Part shown: one piece after another, positions 1 to 11,898 of the stretch | Numbering within the stretch: the stretch's first letter is position 1 | Layout of the letters: every line of letters starts with the position of its first letter | Assembly (NCBI GenBank): GCA_964057225.1 | Contig: OZ059894.1 | Coordinates: 16,182,001-16,246,000, forward strand | Reading direction: 5' to 3' | Origin: Auanema rhodensis | Taxonomy: Eukaryota > Animalia > Nematoda | Length of the DNA stretch: 64,000 bases | The notes under the pieces: model-generated | Seen by the model: only the letters and a program-made list of their open reading frames with translations | Database searches by the model: none | Told to the model about the DNA's origin: nothing | Position numbers and translations under genes: made by a program

Positions 1-1147
<1,147 letters not shown>

Positions 1148-1371
1148 TGTTGTGCAATTCGTGTACATTAAACAACTTTTTCTATGATTTTCTAGGAATA
1201 ATCATAATCGTCTAACATAGTCTGATGGTTTTGAATATTACAATACCGATTAGATATATAGTATTCCTTGAACAGGTGTGCCATATGAGGTTAATATCTT
1301 GTTTCGTTCTCCTATCCTTAAACATATTTCAAAAATACCGTAATGGTTAAGAACATTTATATATTTTTTTC

Positions 1372-3534
1372 GTTAAAAACCTGTAGAAAGAGGCCGTGAT
1401 TGTATATAAGCCCAAGAGTTTTTTTTATCAATAATCTGTATCTTTATTCATTAAACGGTTAATTTTTCTTGTGACAAAACGAGAAACAAAGGGTAAATTG
1501 AGGTTGTCTTCGTAACGTTTCTTTGGTTTTTTTTGTTCTCAATTGTTCTTATTCCTTCATCTATCAGTCGTTTTTTTTTTGTGTTTCATTGTTTTAAAAG
1601 CTCAATATGTATAGTTTATAGAATTTATAGAGTAAATCATAATTTATATTTTGTATTTTCTTGTTTTTTTTTATATTTAAGCTTCTAAGTTGCAAACTAA
1701 AATCTTTAGATATTTGATCGACTAGTAGTTCTGTTCAAGCAAATGATATTCATTCTTGAAGCAAGATCCAGCAGCAAAACCTCTTAGATTTCTTTTGGTT
1801 TTGAGCATTTGGAAGATTTTAATATAAAAAAAATTAGAATAGGCCCTGATAGTAAGAGGGTTCTTGAAGCTTCTCTAACGAAGGCAAAAAAATATAAATC
1901 TATGGGCTTTAATTTACAAGAGATCACACATCTATCGAAAAAAAATGTTTTCTCTTCTTCTTTTAAGTTTTTACTTTCGGTTAGTTGGTAACTACGTAGT
2001 GCTATTCCAACATTTCGTCCAAGAACTCTATATGTCCTCCAATCTTGTAATAATTTAATATTTTCAAAAGTTTCCAATAGGAAGCACAATAGATGTTTTT
2101 GAATCTTTAGCTGTACTTTCCTAGAAAACCTATTTTGAACTCGGAAGCAAACTTACAGTTTGTAATTTTTTATTCAAGCGTAGCTAAATATTCCACTAAA
2201 AAACTAACATTTCGTGGTCGACCAATTTGTTTCTTTTTTCATAATTGAATAAAAAAAGTTTTGAAATTCTTTTTTGCTTTATGTTCAAGTGAACAGTTAG
2301 TCGCTTACTAGCTTCTGCTTTTCAAAACTTTAATCGATCTTTCAAAATTTTTCAATTTTCTTTAAAATTTGTATTTCTTTAAGAAAATATTTCTTTTAGA
2401 ATTCTTACTTTTATAATATATTTCTAAACGTTTTTTTTTCATTTAGTAGTGTTTATGTTTTCAATAATTAAGCTAAGACTCTTCGTATTTTCATGAAAAA
2501 CAACAAAAAAAAACGACTGATGTCAAATAATTTTCTAAAACTTCATCAACTTTCATTTTGAAAATTGACATTTTTTTGTTTTAAAGTATTAAAAATAGTT
2601 AAAATATATTTTTAAAATATTCAGAAACATTATAAAATAAATATTTTAACCTTTGTTCTTTTTATAAAAAAATATTTGTAATAATAAATATGAATGAATG
2701 ATTTACTATGTGAAATATAATATCAATTGAATTAACTTCAACTATAATAACAATCCGTACCACCTTATATATTACTTATTCTAGTATTTCTGTTATTTGC
2801 TGTACATATAAAGCTTTGAACATAGCTTCTAACTTTCTCATTTTCAATGTGTCACTCGTTGAAGACGACAACGTTGGTGATCCCTGGGTTTTTCTCGAAA
2901 TATCTTTCTCATTATCACCATTTATATTCTTTAAATTTCTTTTTTTCCTCACTAACTATTCATTAATATCATATATTAAATGAAAATTATAAATTTCTTT
3001 TAATATTTTAGAATTTTCATTATGAAACTGATTCTTCTTTATTTCTTCTGCGTTGTTGCTTATGCATCTGCAGCTGTGGTAAGTGTCTTCGCTTTTTTTT
3101 TGTTTTAAGAATCCAAAAAGAATCTGAAAACATTGGTTGTAGATTATTTTTATTTTTTCACATATTTTTTATTTTATTTTAGAGTTGGGCCATTCATTCA
3201 AAACCAATAGAAGATCCAAATGAACAGGTATATTCAAACATGTTTCCACAGACAAACTTGATTATTTCAGATTCGTTTGCAATCTAGAGCTTATTTACCT
3301 CCACGTTATGCAAACCTTTTTGGATCAAAATCACATATTGTATTTCTTTATGAAATATTTTCTTGTTTATTAGATGTATCTTTACAGGTTAAAGGTGGTG
3401 CTGCCTTTTTGCCTCAACAAATTTCTGATGTAACAGGAAAATTGGGAAATTTGAGAAAGGAAACATTCAGCTGGCAGCCTAGCAGACTCTACTTCGATGG
3501 CAATGATTTCTGACTCGATGGCTTATCTCGACCT
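1372..3534 (+). repeat. Copy 1 of a 2,163-bp direct segmental duplication
   Basis: Matches 6518-8680 at constant offset 5146. Identical ORFs appear in the track (1784/6930, 1809/6955, 3277/8423), and no mismatches were noticed by eye. Confidence 0.97.
3022..3534 (+). pseudogene. 3'-truncated duplicate of the small secreted-protein gene at 8168-8908
   Basis: Same ATG, signal peptide and first exons as copy 2, but the duplication ends before the final splice acceptor and last exon. Confidence 0.75.
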
Positions 3535-3781
3535 GTGTTCTAATAATAGATAAAATGCCTGCCGAGCGCACCCTTCCGCTCATTCCTTATTTTCTGCATT
3601 TTGAGCTATTTTCATGCTTATATTAACTGAAAACATGTTTTAATTCCTTGAAAATGTGTATATTTTTACAATTTTTAAAATGTGGTCAACGTGGTTGTGC
3701 CAGAAATATGGTCAAAATTGAATGGTCGAATTGGTCAAGAAAAGAAAAATACAATAATTTAAATATTTCTCCGTTGAATAA

Positions 3782-3883
3782 ATGACGGATTTCCGAAAAG
3801 ACCTGAAGCCATTAACTAATTATGATCTCCTGAATTTGGTAGAAAAATTGAAAATAAAAGATTTCCGAGGTATTTTCTTTTGA
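3782..3883 (+). pseudogene. N-terminal fragment of a Polinton adenovirus-type cysteine (maturation) protease
   Basis: MTDFRKDLKPLTNYDLLNLVEKLKIKDFRGIFF* matches the 'PLtNfDl...kLkI..FRGvF' start of Polinton proteases. The catalytic part is absent. Confidence 0.7.
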
Positions 3884-3971
3884 GTGACAAAGCAGGATTT
3901 ACATCCGAATATGAAGACAAGGAGTTTTCATAATTAAGATCTTCGAAATGTTCAATATACTTATAATATAA

Positions 3972-4451
3972 TCATTTACTTAGTCTAAAGGTATTCGTAT
4001 CCCAGTCCACATCAAAAGTAAGCTTCAGTTTTCCTAACGCGTCTGTACCCAGAATATTAACATGTTCGAAATGAGTGTCGACATTGAAGACTTGACATTC
4101 AATGTTGCTGTTTTGTGCTAAAGTTTGAAGCAACAACGTTTGATGCAATCCGTTGTTTTCTTTACTATTGTTATCTGTGAACCATCTAGAATTAACTATA
4201 GGTCTCATTTCTAACAAATAGTTTTAGGGTTTTTACTCCGTGTATTGAACGTTCTTGGAAAGCTAAAATATACCATTAAAAGCTCTTCTCACATTATTCT
4301 CTTTATTAACTGAAGCTTGCTCATCATTTTTGTTCTTAAAGTTTGTGTGTGATTTATTCAATACATTCAGACTACAAAATTTACTCTTTTTGGTACATGC
4401 ATTTTTGTTGTTTTAATCCGTCCAGGTATCATATATTTTTCTATTACTCAT
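3972..4451 (-). pseudogene. Disrupted intronless ORF with a retropepsin-like aspartic protease C-terminal motif
   Basis: One frame from ATG 4451 with four internal stops, ending THFEHVNILGTDALGKLKLTFDVDWDTNTFRLSK*. NILG.D.L is the retropepsin C-terminal motif, but no DTG catalytic motif is visible. Confidence 0.45.
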
Positions 4452-4612
4452 TTATATGAATAATTATTTATCTGGAATATTTGATAATATTGAATAGAAA
4501 TGGATAATAATGGATTATCATTGATAATATTGGAAAATAACGATTACAATCTGTTCTTCTTTCTGTTCCTTCGGAAATGATACTACCAGTGCTAGAAATA
4601 GATTGTATATTC

Positions 4613-6402
4613 ATTCCTGTATTCTTTCATATATTGAAAGGTTATGGTTAACATCGAATTATTGGTGATTCTCATAGCACAAAGTTTTTAAGAAAAAGTG
4701 GAATAGGTTTCAAAACTATTTCTAGCAACACAGAGAAGTTCATAAGTTTCAGTCATATTTTACATTTGTTGACTGCAAATGAATATGAATGGTATCAAAT
4801 AAGATTTCTAGATTCTATAAGTTTTATGTTATCTTCATTAGGCGAACTTGCTAAAATCTTGAATGATGATGAAATGAACATCTCCAAAGAATATTACAAG
4901 GGTCCTCAAAAAGATGAAGATTTCTTTAAAACTATGAGGAAAAAAGGTAATTATCCATTTGAGTATACGGATTCATTCAAGAGATATAATGAAACTAGAC
5001 TGCCAAATATTGATAAATGTTATGATAAACTTAATAAGAAAGAATATACGACTAAACAATACTTGTATGATAAGTTAGTTTGGAAAAACATGGAAGATTA
5101 TACTAGAATTCTTATGATTAATGATGTCCTTCTTATGGCAGATGTATTCGAGAATTTCAGTCAAATTGACTCTGAGGGTTTATGGACTTGATCCTTGTTG
5201 GTTTTATGCTAGTCTTGGACTATTGAAATACACTAAAGCTAAATTAGAAATTATCAATGATGTTGAGAAGTTTTAAATGATTGAAGAGGGAATGTAAGGT
5301 AGAATGGTTAATGATGTCAAAAGGTATGTAAAAGCTAATAATAAGTATTTAGAAAATTACAATCCAAAAGAATTATCTAATTTTCTAGTGTACTTTGACG
5401 CTAATACTCTTTATGGTTTTGCAATGAAACTCATAATAAATTTGTTTTCGAACATCATTATGAAATAAGTTGTCAGAATGATGTATTAAATAATTAAGCT
5501 TTCATTTGAGATTATGTTAGAAAACTGAATATACAAGGAAAAGTATATATATTCAAAGCGGATTTAGAATATCCAAAGGAAATTCACAACATTCCTAATG
5601 AACTTCGATTACGTTCAGTAATAAGAGAATTCGGTAATGGAATCAAGAAGTTGTGTAATACTTTGAAGAATAAAAATAATTATGTTATTCATTATCAAAA
5701 TTAACAAAAGCAAACTTTAAATCTTTGGATGAAATTAAAGAACATCAAGAGAATTCTAAAATTTGATGAATCTGATTGGCTTCCGTGCTATATAATATGA
5801 ACGAATGGAGAATGGTGAATTCCATTACATTTCGAAGAAAGACAGAATAACAAAGTTACTAAAAAGCCAAACTTCAATAGAAATATAATAATAAATAAAG
5901 AATTGAATCTTATTGAAATGACTAAAACAAAAATTAATCTAGATAAGCCTATTTATATCGGTTTTGCTATTCTTGAACTTATTAAATGGTTGATGTATAA
6001 TTTTCATTACAATGCAAAAAAACGGTGATAAAATTAATTTGTGTTATCAAGATACTGACAGTCTTATTTATGAAATTATAACATCCCATCTTTACGAGAA
6101 CATTCAAGAAGCTTCTTCTTTGAAGAAATATTTCAATTTAAGTGAATATTCAAAAATTCATCCTTACAAAACATGGAGATGAAACTAAAAAGAGTAAATA
6201 TATCAAAAAGAATGTTGTGATGAAGTTGAATGTAGAGGATTTCAAAGATAATCTTTTCAACAATACTATTGTTTCGAAAAAATATTGTATGAGGAGTATT
6301 AAACAAACTCTTTACACACACGAACAAGAAAAGTTGTTTGTGATAATGAGGAGTTCTTTCCAATATTTAATCATTTCTTCTTGTGGATCTTATCCGAATT
6401 AA
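4613..6402 (+). pseudogene. Protein-primed family-B DNA polymerase (Polinton type) with stops and frameshifts
   Basis: Motifs in order: IPVFFHILKGYG*H, EKFISFS, RFLDSISFMLSSL, RKKGNYPFEY, DVLLMADVFENF, YGLDP, YVKANNKY...LVYFDANTLYGFAM, KPIYIGFAILELIKWLMYNFHY, LCYQDTDSLIYEI. Confidence 0.93.
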
Positions 6403-6517
6403 TCAAAGTAATGAAGATTATTTTTTATGTTTTTATAGCAAAACCCTCAATTAATATCTGAATTACTATTCGAGTCAAGATTCACAATTTCTATTAAATT
6501 AAAACAATTTCTATTAA

Positions 6518-8680
6518 GTTAAAAACCTGTAGAAAGAGGCCGTGATTGTATATAAGCCCAAGAGTTTTTTTTATCAATAATCTGTATCTTTATTCATTAA
6601 ACGGTTAATTTTTCTTGTGACAAAACGAGAAACAAAGGGTAAATTGAGGTTGTCTTCGTAACGTTTCTTTGGTTTTTTTTGTTCTCAATTGTTCTTATTC
6701 CTTCATCTATCAGTCGTTTTTTTTTTGTGTTTCATTGTTTTAAAAGCTCAATATGTATAGTTTATAGAATTTATAGAGTAAATCATAATTTATATTTTGT
6801 ATTTTCTTGTTTTTTTTTATATTTAAGCTTCTAAGTTGCAAACTAAAATCTTTAGATATTTGATCGACTAGTAGTTCTGTTCAAGCAAATGATATTCATT
6901 CTTGAAGCAAGATCCAGCAGCAAAACCTCTTAGATTTCTTTTGGTTTTGAGCATTTGGAAGATTTTAATATAAAAAAAATTAGAATAGGCCCTGATAGTA
7001 AGAGGGTTCTTGAAGCTTCTCTAACGAAGGCAAAAAAATATAAATCTATGGGCTTTAATTTACAAGAGATCACACATCTATCGAAAAAAAATGTTTTCTC
7101 TTCTTCTTTTAAGTTTTTACTTTCGGTTAGTTGGTAACTACGTAGTGCTATTCCAACATTTCGTCCAAGAACTCTATATGTCCTCCAATCTTGTAATAAT
7201 TTAATATTTTCAAAAGTTTCCAATAGGAAGCACAATAGATGTTTTTGAATCTTTAGCTGTACTTTCCTAGAAAACCTATTTTGAACTCGGAAGCAAACTT
7301 ACAGTTTGTAATTTTTTATTCAAGCGTAGCTAAATATTCCACTAAAAAACTAACATTTCGTGGTCGACCAATTTGTTTCTTTTTTCATAATTGAATAAAA
7401 AAAGTTTTGAAATTCTTTTTTGCTTTATGTTCAAGTGAACAGTTAGTCGCTTACTAGCTTCTGCTTTTCAAAACTTTAATCGATCTTTCAAAATTTTTCA
7501 ATTTTCTTTAAAATTTGTATTTCTTTAAGAAAATATTTCTTTTAGAATTCTTACTTTTATAATATATTTCTAAACGTTTTTTTTTCATTTAGTAGTGTTT
7601 ATGTTTTCAATAATTAAGCTAAGACTCTTCGTATTTTCATGAAAAACAACAAAAAAAAACGACTGATGTCAAATAATTTTCTAAAACTTCATCAACTTTC
7701 ATTTTGAAAATTGACATTTTTTTGTTTTAAAGTATTAAAAATAGTTAAAATATATTTTTAAAATATTCAGAAACATTATAAAATAAATATTTTAACCTTT
7801 GTTCTTTTTATAAAAAAATATTTGTAATAATAAATATGAATGAATGATTTACTATGTGAAATATAATATCAATTGAATTAACTTCAACTATAATAACAAT
7901 CCGTACCACCTTATATATTACTTATTCTAGTATTTCTGTTATTTGCTGTACATATAAAGCTTTGAACATAGCTTCTAACTTTCTCATTTTCAATGTGTCA
8001 CTCGTTGAAGACGACAACGTTGGTGATCCCTGGGTTTTTCTCGAAATATCTTTCTCATTATCACCATTTATATTCTTTAAATTTCTTTTTTTCCTCACTA
8101 ACTATTCATTAATATCATATATTAAATGAAAATTATAAATTTCTTTTAATATTTTAGAATTTTCATTATGAAACTGATTCTTCTTTATTTCTTCTGCGTT
8201 GTTGCTTATGCATCTGCAGCTGTGGTAAGTGTCTTCGCTTTTTTTTTGTTTTAAGAATCCAAAAAGAATCTGAAAACATTGGTTGTAGATTATTTTTATT
8301 TTTTCACATATTTTTTATTTTATTTTAGAGTTGGGCCATTCATTCAAAACCAATAGAAGATCCAAATGAACAGGTATATTCAAACATGTTTCCACAGACA
8401 AACTTGATTATTTCAGATTCGTTTGCAATCTAGAGCTTATTTACCTCCACGTTATGCAAACCTTTTTGGATCAAAATCACATATTGTATTTCTTTATGAA
8501 ATATTTTCTTGTTTATTAGATGTATCTTTACAGGTTAAAGGTGGTGCTGCCTTTTTGCCTCAACAAATTTCTGATGTAACAGGAAAATTGGGAAATTTGA
8601 GAAAGGAAACATTCAGCTGGCAGCCTAGCAGACTCTACTTCGATGGCAATGATTTCTGACTCGATGGCTTATCTCGACCT
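6518..8680 (+). repeat. Copy 2 of the 2,163-bp direct segmental duplication
   Basis: Begins gttaaaaacctgtagaaagaggcc and ends gcttatctcgacct, as copy 1 does. Confidence 0.97.
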
Positions 8681-8908
8681 ATTTTAGCTCGTTCAAAAGA
8701 GACTAAAGCTGTATATACACCGACAATGTATCCACCTGTACGAGCAACAATCGTAAAAACTACCTATCTTGAGCATTTACCATTAAATGAAATAACACGT
8801 CGTATTCCTGATCGTTCAAAATATAAAATTAAAGATACATTAGCTCCAAAAGTTTTACCATTTCCATTTCCCGGACGCCCCGATAGCAAAGGCACAAGAA
8901 CTGTCTAG
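8168..8908 (+). CDS. Small secreted protein of unknown function, multi-exon
   Basis: Signal peptide MKLILLYFFCVVAYASA. Proposed exons 8168-8224, 8329-8373, 8417-8485, 8534-8575, 8624-8645, 8688-8908 splice in frame; the middle introns are uncertain and the last needs a GC donor. AATAAA near 8948. Confidence 0.7.
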
Positions 8909-9512
8909 AACTTACAATGATTGTACTGTTGTATCTATATACTTTGAATAAACATTTTTCTTAACATCAGCTTTATAAAGAAATATGAACAACCGCTTTC
9001 TTTAAAAAAATGAATTAAAATGAAAATTATGATTATGAATAGTAAATTAGCATATTATAAACATATATTACTGTATAAAAGTAATTTAAACGAAAATCAT
9101 TTTAAACATAAATTTTAAAAATTAATTTATTACAGTTAGATTAACAATGATTACCCGTAATTAAGTGATAACGACTGACTGTAGTAGAAGTGTCATAACA
9201 TATGACATCACTGGGATATAATGAGCTTATTTACTGAGAAATTAATGAAAGTAGAAAGAAAAACACTTGAATATAAAGAGACACACAGGAAAAAAATATG
9301 AAAAAAACTAAAGAGAAGAGAAACTTTTTCTTGTAACAAATCAATATTTTGGTTCATTATGAATCAAATATTATGTTTGAATGGAGTAAATAGTTTTTCA
9401 ATAATCCTTAAAACTTCTAATGTAAATTTGAAAAAAAAAGGAAAATAAAAGGTTTTAGATAGAGAAGAATGAAGAAAATATATACATCGTCAATCCAATA
9501 TAATTTTCCACT

Positions 9513-9794
9513 TTAATTTACAGTTACTTCAATTTTGCTCATTACGTATATTAAAACTATTCCTGAACCAATTCCGAGAACTTGAAGAGTTGTGACCAGC
9601 AAGCTCTCTTTCAAGTTTTGTTTAATGAGTTCATTGGTGGTATCACGTATTTCTGGGATCTGGAATGGAAAATGTATCTTCAGAGAACTATTTAAATATA
9701 TTTTAAAGCTCATATTTAGTTTTTTTTAATGTGTGGCTATCATATTTGAAGAAAGCCATTATGTTAGGATAGAGAGAGAGAGAGAGGGAGAGAG

Positions 9795-9838
<44 letters not shown>

Positions 9839-11861
9839 GAATGTTTATAACATTACTTTTAATTAATTAGTTTTATATTTATACAATTGTTGATTTATTT
9901 GTTCAACTTTAAAATCCAACTTGAAGATAACTGATGTTTTTACTTCTGCATTCCATTATTTTGATGAAAAAAACAACAAAAAATGACCTTGTTATTTGAA
10001 CTTCCTTGTATTTTTGCCAGACCGAAAGAATAAATTTTTGCAAATAATCATATTTTTCATCTTGTTTTATTTATATTATTTTATGACGTAAAGTTTAGAA
10101 AGTAGATAGCAAATGAGAAACATTTCAAAAATTACAACTTTACTCAAATTCGATTTGTTCTCCACTTTTCACTTCTTTTTTGTTCTTTTTTTAAAATTAA
10201 AAGAAAAAACTTACAAGAGTTCCAAGAAAGATATACATGTACATTCCAGATGAAATAGCAAATATATAATCATCATATCCACTATCAACATTATCCAATA
10301 GAACTCCAACAATGAAACCCAAATATGATAAAATGATAGGAATTAGATTGAATAGAAGTGTTTTGCGCAAGCCCAATCCTGATTTTATCAAGATGGCAAG
10401 AGTTCCTAAAGACAGTAGTTAAAGTTTAATTTTATTTTTTACTTTAATAGCTCACCAAGTTCTTGCGGAAATTGTTGAGAAATGACGGCTATTCCAATAG
10501 ATAGGCCACGCATCAGATTATCAGAAAAGGCGGCTCCTGAAAACGAATTATACATATACAGTCATTTGAATTCAAATGATTTTAGTGTTAACATACCCAT
10601 GCTCATGCCATCAACAAAGTTATTGGCACTGCTTCCGAATATAATCATATAAGCTACAGATGCAACTTCAATACTAGCTGGAGCAATAGTCTTTTTCTCG
10701 ACAATCTTTACCGAAACTGATATCTCATCATCATCTTTCTTTAAATTAAAATATATTATATAAATTATAATATTTATAAGAATCAAACCATTGTTTGTTT
10801 CATAGACATCTTGGAATCAATTGAAGAATTTGATTTTCTAAGAGAAAGTGTCTGAAAATTCGTTATAATAGGTTATGATTGTGTATAATTACCCTTTGTA
10901 AGCCAGTATTGACAACATCTAAAAACTGGCCATTCTATAAGAAAAATGGTTTAGTTTTGGTCATTCAAATACGATATTTTACCCTTTTTTCAACTTTTTC
11001 TTCTTTATTCTCATATTCAATATCATTTACGGTACTAATAACAGCAATTTGACGTCGTTGTGAAAACTGAAAGAGAAGAAAAATTGAAGATGAGGAAGCT
11101 AAAGATATGATACCGTTCGTACAAGAGCATTATTAACCATTGCAACTTCAAAATCTTCCTGAAATAATTGAAAATATTTTAAATATTTGAATTAAAAATA
11201 ATTTACAGCTAATTGAGCTTTTTCAATATCTTCCAGTTGCTTGTCAATCTTTCTTTCTCTGAAATGTTGTTCAGGTTGGTGCTCAGTGAATTGCCTTGTT
11301 ATATCAAAATCATCTTGACTGATTGTTGTTTCTTCTGTTGGACTACGAATCTTTAAAAGAAATAGTATACTTCATAAGAAAAAAAGTTTAAAAAAAAACC
11401 TTCACAGCTGGATTTTCATTCATTATAGCAGCTAAGGTTGATTGATGTACTTTTCGTTTAGCTTGCTTTCTCTGAATAATATAAATTATAATGATAAATA
11501 ACTAATATATATATATATATAATAAAGAATAATAAGATTAAGAAAATGACATACTCGTCGTACTTCTAGAATATATTGTAATATTCTATCAACTGAGAAG
11601 AATAGATAGATAGCAGCTATTATAATTCCAGCTTTATCATGATATTTGAAGTCATCCAATGCTTGTAGATTAAATGCCTACAAAATATTAAAAATTATTA
11701 AAAAGTTACAAATATGTGAATAGATTGTTCATTTGATGAGCACAACCGATTTAGCAACTTGTTCATTTTAAAATAAAATTATAATTAGCTATTATAATTT
11801 TTTGAATATATGTATTTCCCTAACTAATCAATATTATTATAAAGTTTATTATTTACTATTT

Positions 11862-11898
<37 letters not shown>

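Larger units (their letters stand above)
3535..6517. mobile_element. Decayed Polinton/Maverick (adintovirus-like) remnant
   Basis: Contains an intronless pPolB pseudogene and an adenain-like protease N-terminus, both hallmark Polinton genes. No TIRs, integrase, ATPase or capsid were recognised. Confidence 0.85.

Noticed and set aside
1690-2245. ORFs 1784-2089(-) and 1809-1991(+) and their duplicates; possible minus-strand micro-exon gene
   Set aside because: Several splice-like sites exist, but no stop-free spliced frame or recognisable motif could be assembled.
3539-3582. TCTAATAATAGATAAAATG resembling a Helitron 5' end
   Set aside because: Not preceded by A, and no matching 3' hairpin plus CTRR terminus was found.
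8657-8659. Selenocysteine codon
   Set aside because: No SECIS-like element or redox motif was seen, and a 42-nt GC-AG intron explains the stop more simply.
1372-8680. LTR retrotransposon interpretation of the long direct repeats
   Set aside because: The repeats contain spliced host exons and lack TG...CA ends, and the interior has a DNA-dependent PolB with no gag, RT or integrase.
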